A DNA stretch of 32,000 nucleotides from Bacillus subtilis subsp. subtilis str. 168 (GTDB taxonomy: Bacteria; Bacillota; Bacilli; Bacillales; Bacillaceae): positions 210,001 to 242,000 of the forward strand of contig NC_000964.3 in assembly GCF_000009045.1 (NCBI RefSeq), given 5' to 3'. The position numbers were made by a program, and so were the translations under genes. This document shows positions 7,633 through 15,063 of the stretch, one piece after another. Position 1 is the stretch's first letter; the number at the start of each line of letters is the position of its first letter. The notes under the pieces are model-generated. The model was not told the DNA's origin and ran no database searches. It worked only from the letters and a program-made list of their open reading frames with translations.

Positions 7633-9040
7633 TATCATTTCTTTTTTATGGCTTCAGTCAAAAAGGCGTTTTGTAAGTCAAGGTCAGGAAAAAAAAATGC
7701 CTTTTTTGATCATGCTCCTTTTTGTTGGGGCCATCGGATTTCAAGTAAGTTTTGTTTCTAGATCTACGACATGGGATATGAGTATTGCTGGTTGGGTACT
7801 TACAGGTGTTTTTATCCTTTATACGGCATTTGGACTTTTTTCAAATCGATTACCAAGTCAAATGGCAGATATTATATGGCTTTATGGCACTGCCACATCT
7901 TTTTCAAAAGTTGTGTATAGTGTTTTATTTTTCAGCGTCACTTGGAAGGCGTTGCTTTGGATCATCTCAGCCATATTCGGTGATGTATTAATTGTGCTTC
8001 TGTCTGGTGATCATATCAATTTATTAGGCCGATCCATAATTTTTGTAGGGCTCTTTTTTATCGCTGAAGTGTGGTTGATGTCGGTCTCTTGTGCCAGAAC
8101 AGTGAAGAAAATGAAAAGGGTATACGTTTTAGTCTTTCTTCTAATGTTAGGCATTTACTCCATATGTCTTTATCGCTTCTTCTTTCTCCAACATTCATCT
8201 GGGATATGGGAGAGCATTGCCCGTTTTATTAGTGGCGTTGGATTAGTGTTTGATACATTGTCACCGTTGTATGTGGTTGTATTTATTGGGATTATCACAG
8301 TCTCTTTTATGACAATTGCTTTTACGAGCCGTCAGGTAGAAATGAAGGAATCGTTGGTGAAAGAAGCTGAATTCTGGGAGGAATTTCAAGAACGTCAATT
8401 TGGTTCAGGTCAAATTATACAGAAACCAAAAACGACTTGGTGGGGCTTGCAAGGTCTAAATGGCATTTGGTCTTTTCTGTGGTTGGAACTGTTGCTTTTT
8501 AAAAAATATTTATTTTTTCATAGCATTCATACGGTCATGCTCAGTGGCGTCTTTTATGTCGTCATTTTCATGTATCCAGAATGGTTTTATCTTCTATTCT
8601 TTCTTATCGTCTCGGCAGTCATGTTAAGTTCCTATTATTCAGGAATTGTCAGACATTCTCAATCAGGCACCCTTCATTTATTCCCCGGTGCCCTTTGGAA
8701 AAAAATCATTATTCTAGAGCTGACGAATACAGTCTGGTTGTATATTCTTTACTGTGTTTCTATTACTTTTATGGCAGTTGGGAATTTAGTTTATTGGTAT
8801 ATATATGGCTTAGGGATATATATATGGTTCATGACAATAAGGCTTTTTGCTTTTACCCATACAAACCGAAACGATATTAAGCTTTCATTGCCTCAATACT
8901 ACAAGTCATTTTTTATGGCATTAGGCCTGAGCGGCATTTGTTTGTATGTCATTCATTTATTGACTGCTGACTGGTATACATTAGTGGTGGTCGTCTGCAT
9001 AGGGAGCCTAAGTTGGTGCCTGTTTTATCGTTTCAGATAG
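7625..9040 (+). CDS. skfF: ABC transporter permease, polytopic membrane protein (SKF export/immunity)
   Basis: Long hydrophobic ORF. ATG 7625 overlaps the skfE stop, suggesting translational coupling. An alternative in-frame ATG at 7697 would give 447 aa. The start is unresolved from sequence alone. Confidence 0.85.
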   Translation: MNNIISFLWLQSKRRFVSQGQEKKMPFLIMLLFVGAIGFQVSFVSRSTTWDMSIAGWVLTGVFILYTAFGLFSNRLPSQMADIIWLYGTATSFSKVVYSVLFFSVTWKALLWIISAIFGDVLIVLLSGDHINLLGRSIIFVGLFFIAEVWLMSVSCARTVKKMKRVYVLVFLLMLGIYSICLYRFFFLQHSSGIWESIARFISGVGLVFDTLSPLYVVVFIGIITVSFMTIAFTSRQVEMKESLVKEAEFWEEFQERQFGSGQIIQKPKTTWWGLQGLNGIWSFLWLELLLFKKYLFFHSIHTVMLSGVFYVVIFMYPEWFYLLFFLIVSAVMLSSYYSGIVRHSQSGTLHLFPGALWKKIIILELTNTVWLYILYCVSITFMAVGNLVYWYIYGLGIYIWFMTIRLFAFTHTNRNDIKLSLPQYYKSFFMALGLSGICLYVIHLLTADWYTLVVVVCIGSLSWCLFYRFR

Positions 9041-9086
9041 TGGTTATGTAGAGTTATTGTTTTAAAACGAGGAGAGGGGCTCTTTT

Positions 9087-9602
9087 ATGAATTCAAATGG
9101 TGATAAATTGTCGTTATCTGTTCAGAATTTAGCGAATACAAATGAGATCACAATTGTTCAAGCGATAGGTGAGCTAAAGAAATCGGGAAAAGATGCAATA
9201 CCAGTTTTGGTTGAGGCCTTAAAAGAGGAAGGCTCTTTGTGTAATATTGCTGCAGCTGTTTTAGGTGAGTTTGGGGAAGACGCGAGTGAAGCAGCGGAGG
9301 AGCTATCATGTTTATTAAAAAGTCATGCGGAAGATACAAGAATGGCAGCGGCGATTTCATTAATGAGAATCGGGAAGCCCAGTCTGCCCTTTGTCATCAA
9401 AATCGCTCAAGAAAGTGAAGGGCAATCGTGCTTTTGGGCATCTTGGTGTATTGCATGGATTGATCCGTCTTGCATTGAACCTAAGATGTATAAATGTCTA
9501 AAATACGAGCATGAACATCCTTCAGGAATAGTTGCTCCGTTTGCGGCTGAAGAGGCATTAGGAAAGCTGATTGCTTTTCAGCTGAAAGATAAGGAGGACT
9601 GA
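9087..9602 (+). CDS. skfG: HEAT-repeat-like soluble protein of unknown role in SKF production (171 aa)
   Basis: GGAGAGGGG SD upstream. Helical repeats (IPVLVEALKEEG..., AAEELSCLLKSHAEDTRMAAAISLMRIG). Confidence 0.85.
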   Translation: MNSNGDKLSLSVQNLANTNEITIVQAIGELKKSGKDAIPVLVEALKEEGSLCNIAAAVLGEFGEDASEAAEELSCLLKSHAEDTRMAAAISLMRIGKPSLPFVIKIAQESEGQSCFWASWCIAWIDPSCIEPKMYKCLKYEHEHPSGIVAPFAAEEALGKLIAFQLKDKED

Positions 9603-9606
9603 AAGG

Positions 9607-10032
9607 ATGAAAGATGAACAAATGTTGACTGAATGGCCAAGTCATTTACCATGGTTGAATCAATCACAGAATGATTTTACATTTCCAAGTGACACATATC
9701 TTCTTCTTTATTTTTGGTCAATGAGCTGTCCAAACTGTCACCAATTAACAGACAAAGTCCTTCAAGATATAAAGGATATGAATGTGAAAGTAATCGGAGT
9801 ACATGTCCCCTATATAGAAGAAGAGAAATCTATGGAGGTTGTCTTGACGTATGCTCTTGATAGGGGACTAGCTATTCCGATTGTATTAGACCAAAACTAT
9901 GAGATCGTCACAACTTGTCACGTACAAGGCATCCCCAGCTTTTGTCTATTAAGTCAATACGGTCAGATCATTACTAAAACGATGGGAGATGTTGGTTGGG
10001 ATAAGATGTTAAAAAAGATTGCAGGCTTGTGA
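9607..10032 (+). CDS. skfH: thioredoxin-like thiol-disulfide oxidoreductase (141 aa)
   Basis: CxxC motif in WSMSCPNCHQ. AAGGAGGA upstream. Confidence 0.9.
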   Translation: MKDEQMLTEWPSHLPWLNQSQNDFTFPSDTYLLLYFWSMSCPNCHQLTDKVLQDIKDMNVKVIGVHVPYIEEEKSMEVVLTYALDRGLAIPIVLDQNYEIVTTCHVQGIPSFCLLSQYGQIITKTMGDVGWDKMLKKIAGL

Positions 10033-10084
10033 AATTTTCCGTCTTGTATGTGCGACAAACGGTTGAATATTATGATGAAACGGT

Positions 10085-10110
10085 CCTTCCTATAAGCAGG
10101 AAGGTTTTTT
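10085..10110 (+). terminator. rho-independent terminator ending the skf operon
   Basis: ccttcct (10085-10091) pairs with aggaagg (10098-10104), then T6. Confidence 0.8.
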
Positions 10111-10278
10111 AATGAAATATTTTTTTATTAGTAGGTAAATTCATCAAATGTTCTGCTATGCTCCAAATGTACACCTTTCCGTAAGGGCAAAGTCAAATGT
10201 GAAAAAAAACTGTTCCAAAGTTAATCAGAAATTTATTTTCATATTGTATCCTTCGGTATCAAGTGAAAGGAGCATCAT

Positions 10279-11256
10279 ATGAAAACATTATGGAAAGTCC
10301 TCAAAATTGTTTTTGTCAGCTTGGCTGCTTTGGTTTTGCTTGTATCCGTCTCGGTATTTATTTATCACCATTTCCAGCTAAATAAGGAGGCGGCACTGCT
10401 GAAAGGTAAAGGCACAGTAGTCGATGTTGACGGTAAAAAGATGAATGTGTATCAAGAGGGAAGCGGGAAGGATACGTTTGTGTTTATGTCCGGTTCGGGT
10501 ATTGCTGCGCCTGCTTATGAAATGAAGGGGCTGTACAGCAAGTTTTCAAAAGAAAATAAGATTGCTGTTGTAGATCGGGCAGGTTATGGATACAGTGAAG
10601 TGTCTCACGATGACAGAGATATTGATACGGTATTGGAACAGACGAGGAAAGCGCTTATGAAAAGCGGAAATAAGCCTCCTTATATTTTAATGCCTCATTC
10701 GATATCCGGGATTGAAGCGATGTATTGGGCACAGAAATATCCTAAGGAAATCAAGGCCATTATTGCGATGGATATTGGATTGCCCCAGCAGTACGTCACG
10801 TATAAATTGAGCGGAGTTGACCGATTGAAAGTGAGAGGGTTCCACCTGTTAACCTCGATTGGTTTTCATCGGTTTATACCTTCCGCTGTATATAATCCTG
10901 AGGTGATTCGACAGTCGTTTTTAACTGATGAAGAAAAAGAAATCTATAAAGCCATTAACTTTAAGCAATTTTTTAATGCAGATATGGAGCATGAGCTTTT
11001 ACAGTCTTACCAAAACGGCAGCAAATCTGTGAATCTGCCTGCGCCAAAGGAAACTCCCGTCTTGATTTTAGATGCAGTCTCTGACCAAAATAGACATTCA
11101 AAGTATGCTATACAAAACCGAAAAGACTATGAAGCGTTTGCGGCTCAATTCAATACTGCCGATATAAAGGAACTGAGGGGAACACACAGTATTTATTTAT
11201 ATCAGCCTGATCAAATATATAAACTGTCCATGGAGTTTATGAGAAAGGTTCGCTAG
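10279..11256 (+). CDS. ybdG: membrane-anchored alpha/beta-hydrolase (325 aa)
   Basis: GAAAGGAG SD. N-terminal TM helix. Nucleophile-elbow-like PHSISGIEA. Confidence 0.85.
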   Translation: MKTLWKVLKIVFVSLAALVLLVSVSVFIYHHFQLNKEAALLKGKGTVVDVDGKKMNVYQEGSGKDTFVFMSGSGIAAPAYEMKGLYSKFSKENKIAVVDRAGYGYSEVSHDDRDIDTVLEQTRKALMKSGNKPPYILMPHSISGIEAMYWAQKYPKEIKAIIAMDIGLPQQYVTYKLSGVDRLKVRGFHLLTSIGFHRFIPSAVYNPEVIRQSFLTDEEKEIYKAINFKQFFNADMEHELLQSYQNGSKSVNLPAPKETPVLILDAVSDQNRHSKYAIQNRKDYEAFAAQFNTADIKELRGTHSIYLYQPDQIYKLSMEFMRKVR

Positions 11257-11257
11257 G

Positions 11258-11929
11258 ATGAAGGGTTATCGTATTTTAATCGTTGAGGACGATGTGATGA
11301 TTGGTGATTTGCTGCAAAAGATTTTGCAGCGCGAGGGATATCGTGTGATATGGAAAACAGATGGAGCGGATGTGCTTTCGGTGATTCAGAAGGTGGATTT
11401 GGTCATTATGGATGTGATGCTGCCGGGTGAAGACGGGTATCAAATGTCTGCAAAAATCAAAAAGCTGGGGCTGGGCATTCCGGTTATTTTTCTCTCAGCC
11501 CGCAATGACATGGACAGCAAGCTTCAAGGTTTGCAGATCGGCGAGGATTATATGGTAAAGCCCTTTGATCCGAGAGAGCTGCTATTAAGAATGCGGAATA
11601 TGCTTGAGCATCATTATGGGACCTTTACGCAAATCAAACATTTGTATATTGATGCGGTAACGAAAAAAGTGTTCAATGAAAGCCTGCATGATGAGGTATT
11701 ATTTACTGCGATTGAGCGGAAAATTTTCTTTTATTTATATGAAAATAGAGACAGTATCCTGACAAAGGAACATTTCTTTGAATATCTATGGCAGCTCGAA
11801 GATAGAAACCCGAATATTGTCAATGTGCATATTAAAAAAATTAGAGCTAAAATCAATGATCAAGCGGGTGAGATGATTGAAAATATATATGGAGAAGGGT
11901 ATCGGCTGAATACCGTTGTGAAGAAATGA
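11258..11929 (+). CDS. ybdJ: OmpR-family response regulator
   Basis: Receiver domain (ILIVEDD, phospho-acceptor context LVIMDVMLPGEDG) plus winged-helix C-terminus (GEGYRL). Starts 2 nt after the ybdG stop. Confidence 0.9.
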   Translation: MKGYRILIVEDDVMIGDLLQKILQREGYRVIWKTDGADVLSVIQKVDLVIMDVMLPGEDGYQMSAKIKKLGLGIPVIFLSARNDMDSKLQGLQIGEDYMVKPFDPRELLLRMRNMLEHHYGTFTQIKHLYIDAVTKKVFNESLHDEVLFTAIERKIFFYLYENRDSILTKEHFFEYLWQLEDRNPNIVNVHIKKIRAKINDQAGEMIENIYGEGYRLNTVVKK

Positions 11930-12912
11930 AGCTCAAGACAAAATATCAGTTGTTATTGTTTACGGCCGTCATTAGTGTTCCGATGCTATTGCTGGCGGTC
12001 AGTGTTTTGATGTCGGTGATTTATGACAGCATGTTTAAACCGATGAATCATGGTATGCCCTTTCACAGGTCGTTTGCATACCCGGCAATGATCGTTGTAT
12101 TTTTGATATCACTCTTATTGTTAGCTTTTTTATTTTCAAAGTCGATTCATTCTCTGTTGCATAAAATCAATCTATTAAATCAAACCATTCGGCATTTGGC
12201 GAGTGATCAAAGGGTGCCCGATAAAATTGAAGTGAAGCGTGCTGATGAAATCGGGGAACTGATCAAGTCGGTCAATTTGTTAATTGAACGGACGACATAT
12301 CGTGAACTGGAGCTGAGACAGCAGGAGGAAATCAAAAAGGAGCTTTTGCAAAAACTGCGGCATGACATTAATACACCTTTAACGGCTCTCAGGCTGCAGT
12401 TATTTTATTTGGAAGACCAATGTCATGGTCAGGCTGTATTCGAATCATTGTATCAGCAAATCGAATATATCTCGGAATTAACTAATGAATTCAATCTATA
12501 TTCCGCTGAGACGCTGGAAAGCTCTTATATTGTAAATGAAGAAGTGCGTCTAAACGAGCTATTAGAAACAGCGGTGAAAAAGTGGGATTATTTATACAGT
12601 ATGAGTGGGATTGAGCTGCACTATAAGCCGGCAGATCAAGATGTGATATGGATGAGCAACACGTTATGGATGGAAAGGCTGTTTGATAATATTTTTCAAA
12701 ATACGTTAAGGCATTCAAAAGCTAAAAAGATGGAAGTCACGATTGAACATGGCGATGTTTTTATTCGTGATGACGGTATTGGATTTGATCGGAATGAGAG
12801 CAGTGAGGGACTTGGGTTAAAGATTATTGAGGATACATGCAGGCTGCTTGCGATTACTTATGAGCTGCATACAAATGATAACGGAACGGGGTTCTTGTTT
12901 TCAAAAGAGTGA
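11926..12912 (+). CDS. ybdK: sensor histidine kinase with two TM helices, a roughly 20-aa external loop and a HAMP-like linker
   Basis: ATGA overlap with ybdJ. H-box LRHDINTPL, N-box FQNTLRHS, G-boxes DDGIGF and GLGLKI. Confidence 0.9.
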   Translation: MKLKTKYQLLLFTAVISVPMLLLAVSVLMSVIYDSMFKPMNHGMPFHRSFAYPAMIVVFLISLLLLAFLFSKSIHSLLHKINLLNQTIRHLASDQRVPDKIEVKRADEIGELIKSVNLLIERTTYRELELRQQEEIKKELLQKLRHDINTPLTALRLQLFYLEDQCHGQAVFESLYQQIEYISELTNEFNLYSAETLESSYIVNEEVRLNELLETAVKKWDYLYSMSGIELHYKPADQDVIWMSNTLWMERLFDNIFQNTLRHSKAKKMEVTIEHGDVFIRDDGIGFDRNESSEGLGLKIIEDTCRLLAITYELHTNDNGTGFLFSKE

Positions 12913-12981
12913 CCCCGCTGATGTTTTTCTTTCTCCTATAAAATTTATATAATAGGGAGAAAGAAATGGGGTGAACATCAT

Positions 12982-13176
12982 ATGTTTAAAAAAATCATCA
13001 AAACGATTAAGTACCTCTCAAGCAGTTCTAGTGACCGATATCGCAGACACCGGCATTACAGCAGCAGCCGGCGCAGACATTATCGCAGCTACAGCAGCAG
13101 TTCGGGCAAAAGAAGACACTACGACCGTTATGGCGGCAGTCATCGTTACAAACGCCGGAGCTACAGCAGCAGTTAA
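12982..13176 (+). CDS. 64-aa highly basic Ser/Arg/Tyr/His-rich low-complexity micro-protein
   Basis: GGGGTGA SD 7 nt upstream of ATG 12982. Its own downstream terminator at 13189-13220. 18 Ser, 14 Arg and 9 Tyr of 64 residues; RHY occurs three times. I cannot recall its annotation name. Confidence 0.6.
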   Translation: MFKKIIKTIKYLSSSSSDRYRRHRHYSSSRRRHYRSYSSSSGKRRHYDRYGGSHRYKRRSYSSS

Positions 13177-13188
13177 TCCAAAAAAAGT

Positions 13189-13220
13189 TCTTGTTCCGCT
13201 TTTGGGACAAGGGTTTTTTT
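13189..13220. terminator. hairpin with T-run shared by the convergent micro-ORF and prkD
   Basis: cttgttcc / ggacaagg imperfect stem followed by T7 on the plus strand. Confidence 0.6.
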
Positions 13221-13989
13221 ATGTGACCGATTGAATGGCCCGGTTTAGATCCTCGCGAATGGAAGCGGTGTGCTGATACTCTTCCTCAATGCCCAATAAT
13301 CTTTTCAGCAGCAAGGTTACTTCCTTTGTCAGTGTTAATTCCTCCAGCCAAGTGCCGTTTTTCTTCTTTTTTCCTTTATATTGAGAGTACAGCAAGAATA
13401 ACAGCGTTTCTCCGAGATCGAAGAAGTCATCCTGTTTTCGTACCTTTATTTCCTCCATTTCTTCAGGAGTCAATTGTTTGGCAAGGCCGAAATCGATGAG
13501 GCAGAGCCTGCCATCATTGATGATGATATTAGGCGTTCTGATGTCGCTGTGGAAGATAAGGCGATCATGCAGGTATTCTATAATCTCAAGCAGCTGCGAA
13601 ATCAGTTGTAACGCCATAAGCTCTGTGAACGGCTGTTTTCGAAAAAATAATAATTCTTCTATATTCTCTCCCTCAATGAACTGCATGACATAATAAGCCT
13701 GTCCGTCTATGATGAATTCATCTATGAAGCCCGGAATTTGCGGGTGGTGAATGTTTTTGAGCAGTTTTATTTCCTGCTGGAATCGGACTTTCTCTTTTTC
13801 CTTTTTGGCTTTTGTCGGCCGAAGCTGTTTTAAGACATAAGGTGTTTGAGCTAGGATATCGGTGCACAAATAAACCAAACCGTAGCCTCCCATACCGAGG
13901 CACTCTTCGATTTTGTATTGATGATTTAAGATAACGCCGTTCTTTAGAGGGCGGTCAAATAGCAGTTTTTTTAGAAGTTTTAATGCCAT
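13219..13989 (-). CDS. prkD: Hanks-type Ser/Thr protein kinase, catalytic domain only (256 aa)
   Basis: Gly-rich loop GMGGYGLVY, Lys in YVLKQL, catalytic loop HSDIRTPNI, DFG in IDFGLA. AAGGGAAG SD. Older name ybdM. Confidence 0.9.
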   Translation of the reverse strand: MALKLLKKLLFDRPLKNGVILNHQYKIEECLGMGGYGLVYLCTDILAQTPYVLKQLRPTKAKKEKEKVRFQQEIKLLKNIHHPQIPGFIDEFIIDGQAYYVMQFIEGENIEELLFFRKQPFTELMALQLISQLLEIIEYLHDRLIFHSDIRTPNIIINDGRLCLIDFGLAKQLTPEEMEEIKVRKQDDFFDLGETLLFLLYSQYKGKKKKNGTWLEELTLTKEVTLLLKRLLGIEEEYQHTASIREDLNRAIQSVT

Positions 13990-14042
13990 GTCTGCACTTC
14001 CCTTGGTTGTACTGACTATAGTTTACCTTCTAGACGGAGAAT

Positions 14043-14066
14043 AAAAAAGAGCCGGATAACCGGCTC
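14043..14066 (-). terminator. rho-independent terminator after ybdN
   Basis: gagccgg / ccggctc stem with 4-nt loop. T6 follows on the minus strand (plus-strand A-run 14043-14048). Confidence 0.75.
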
Positions 14067-14074
14067 GGTATAAG

Positions 14075-14932
14075 TTAAAACTGCTTTGTCACGTCGTATT
14101 CATAATCTATTTTTGCTTTTACGTTGCTCATCGTCGATCTGGCTGTCGCTAATGTATTATATTTAAAACTCCATACCTTTGCCACACTGAGTTGATCCGA
14201 CAAAGAGATATCATAAGACCCTGAAGTCGAGCTGTTTACAAGGGCACGGCTCCATTCGTTATTTTCGCTTGTCATGATCAGATGGCGTGTATTTCCCTGG
14301 CTTGGTGTTTGAGTGGCGGTTGTTTGAACTCTGGTTACAATGGCATCACGCGGTATCCCAGATTGGTTTGTTAAATCAACCTTGATCACGCTGGAGTCAG
14401 AACCTGAGGGGCTAAGGCTTGTATTTCCTTTATTTTCAGCAACGCCGCTGAATTGGAACGTTCCGCTGCCTGATTTGATTCGGTCTTCAATTGAAAGCGT
14501 AAAGTACATGTTTCCAGTATAGGTGCCTCGTGACACTTTCACATAGAAGGTATCCGTCGTGTTTTGGGCGTCTGCATTTGCATAAATAAAAGAAGAAAAC
14601 GTATTAGGGTTAATAACTTCTGTCCCTTGAGAAACAGGTATTCTGTTCTTGTCATAAATTTCAATTTTCATCCCTGTATACGCGCTCTGGTATGTACTCC
14701 TCATGTATACTTTTTCTCCCTTATTAGCCGTAAAAGTGAAATAGGCTTCATCTTGACCAGCTTCCAGTATTGTTGTATCGATATTTTTATATTTCCAATA
14801 ACCGATCGGCATTGCGGTATCAAATGAATTGTTTCCTGTGATAGCAGTGACTCCGACAGCTGATGCCGAATACGTAAAGGTAGATAAGACAGAAAGCATA
14901 ACAGCGAATTGAATAAGCCATTTTTTCACCAT
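14075..14932 (-). CDS. ybdN: secreted protein with a PPC (pre-peptidase C-terminal)-like beta-sandwich and a second beta-rich domain (285 aa)
   Basis: Signal peptide MVKKWLIQFAVMLSVLSTFTYSASA. PPC-like pattern (NSFDTA..., DEAYFTFTA..., KIEIYD..., FYVKV...YFTLSIE). Confidence 0.85.
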   Translation of the reverse strand: MVKKWLIQFAVMLSVLSTFTYSASAVGVTAITGNNSFDTAMPIGYWKYKNIDTTILEAGQDEAYFTFTANKGEKVYMRSTYQSAYTGMKIEIYDKNRIPVSQGTEVINPNTFSSFIYANADAQNTTDTFYVKVSRGTYTGNMYFTLSIEDRIKSGSGTFQFSGVAENKGNTSLSPSGSDSSVIKVDLTNQSGIPRDAIVTRVQTTATQTPSQGNTRHLIMTSENNEWSRALVNSSTSGSYDISLSDQLSVAKVWSFKYNTLATARSTMSNVKAKIDYEYDVTKQF

Positions 14933-15063
14933 GCAAACAACCTCCTTTTATTTCCATCATACATAATAACGATTTAGGTGTAAATAAATGTTTTTTGAGG
15001 TTAATATATACATTATATTCGCCGATAAAAAAGAATAAGAGAGAATACTCGGGAGGGAATTCA

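Noticed and set aside
12971-13234. Two alternative ORFs over the micro-ORF (12971-13234 plus strand, Ala/Thr-rich; 13028-13210 minus strand, Cys-rich)
   Set aside because: They are artefacts of the GCAGCAGC-type low-complexity repeat, which stays open in several frames. Only the 12982 frame has an SD at correct spacing and stops before the terminator.
14995-15063. Upstream starts offered by the ORF track for ybdO (14995), ybeC (21318), ybfB (26834) and ybfF (29663)
   Set aside because: In each case an internal start has a proper SD (15064, 21348, 26879, 29555). The extension either lacks one or overlaps a neighbouring gene or terminator.
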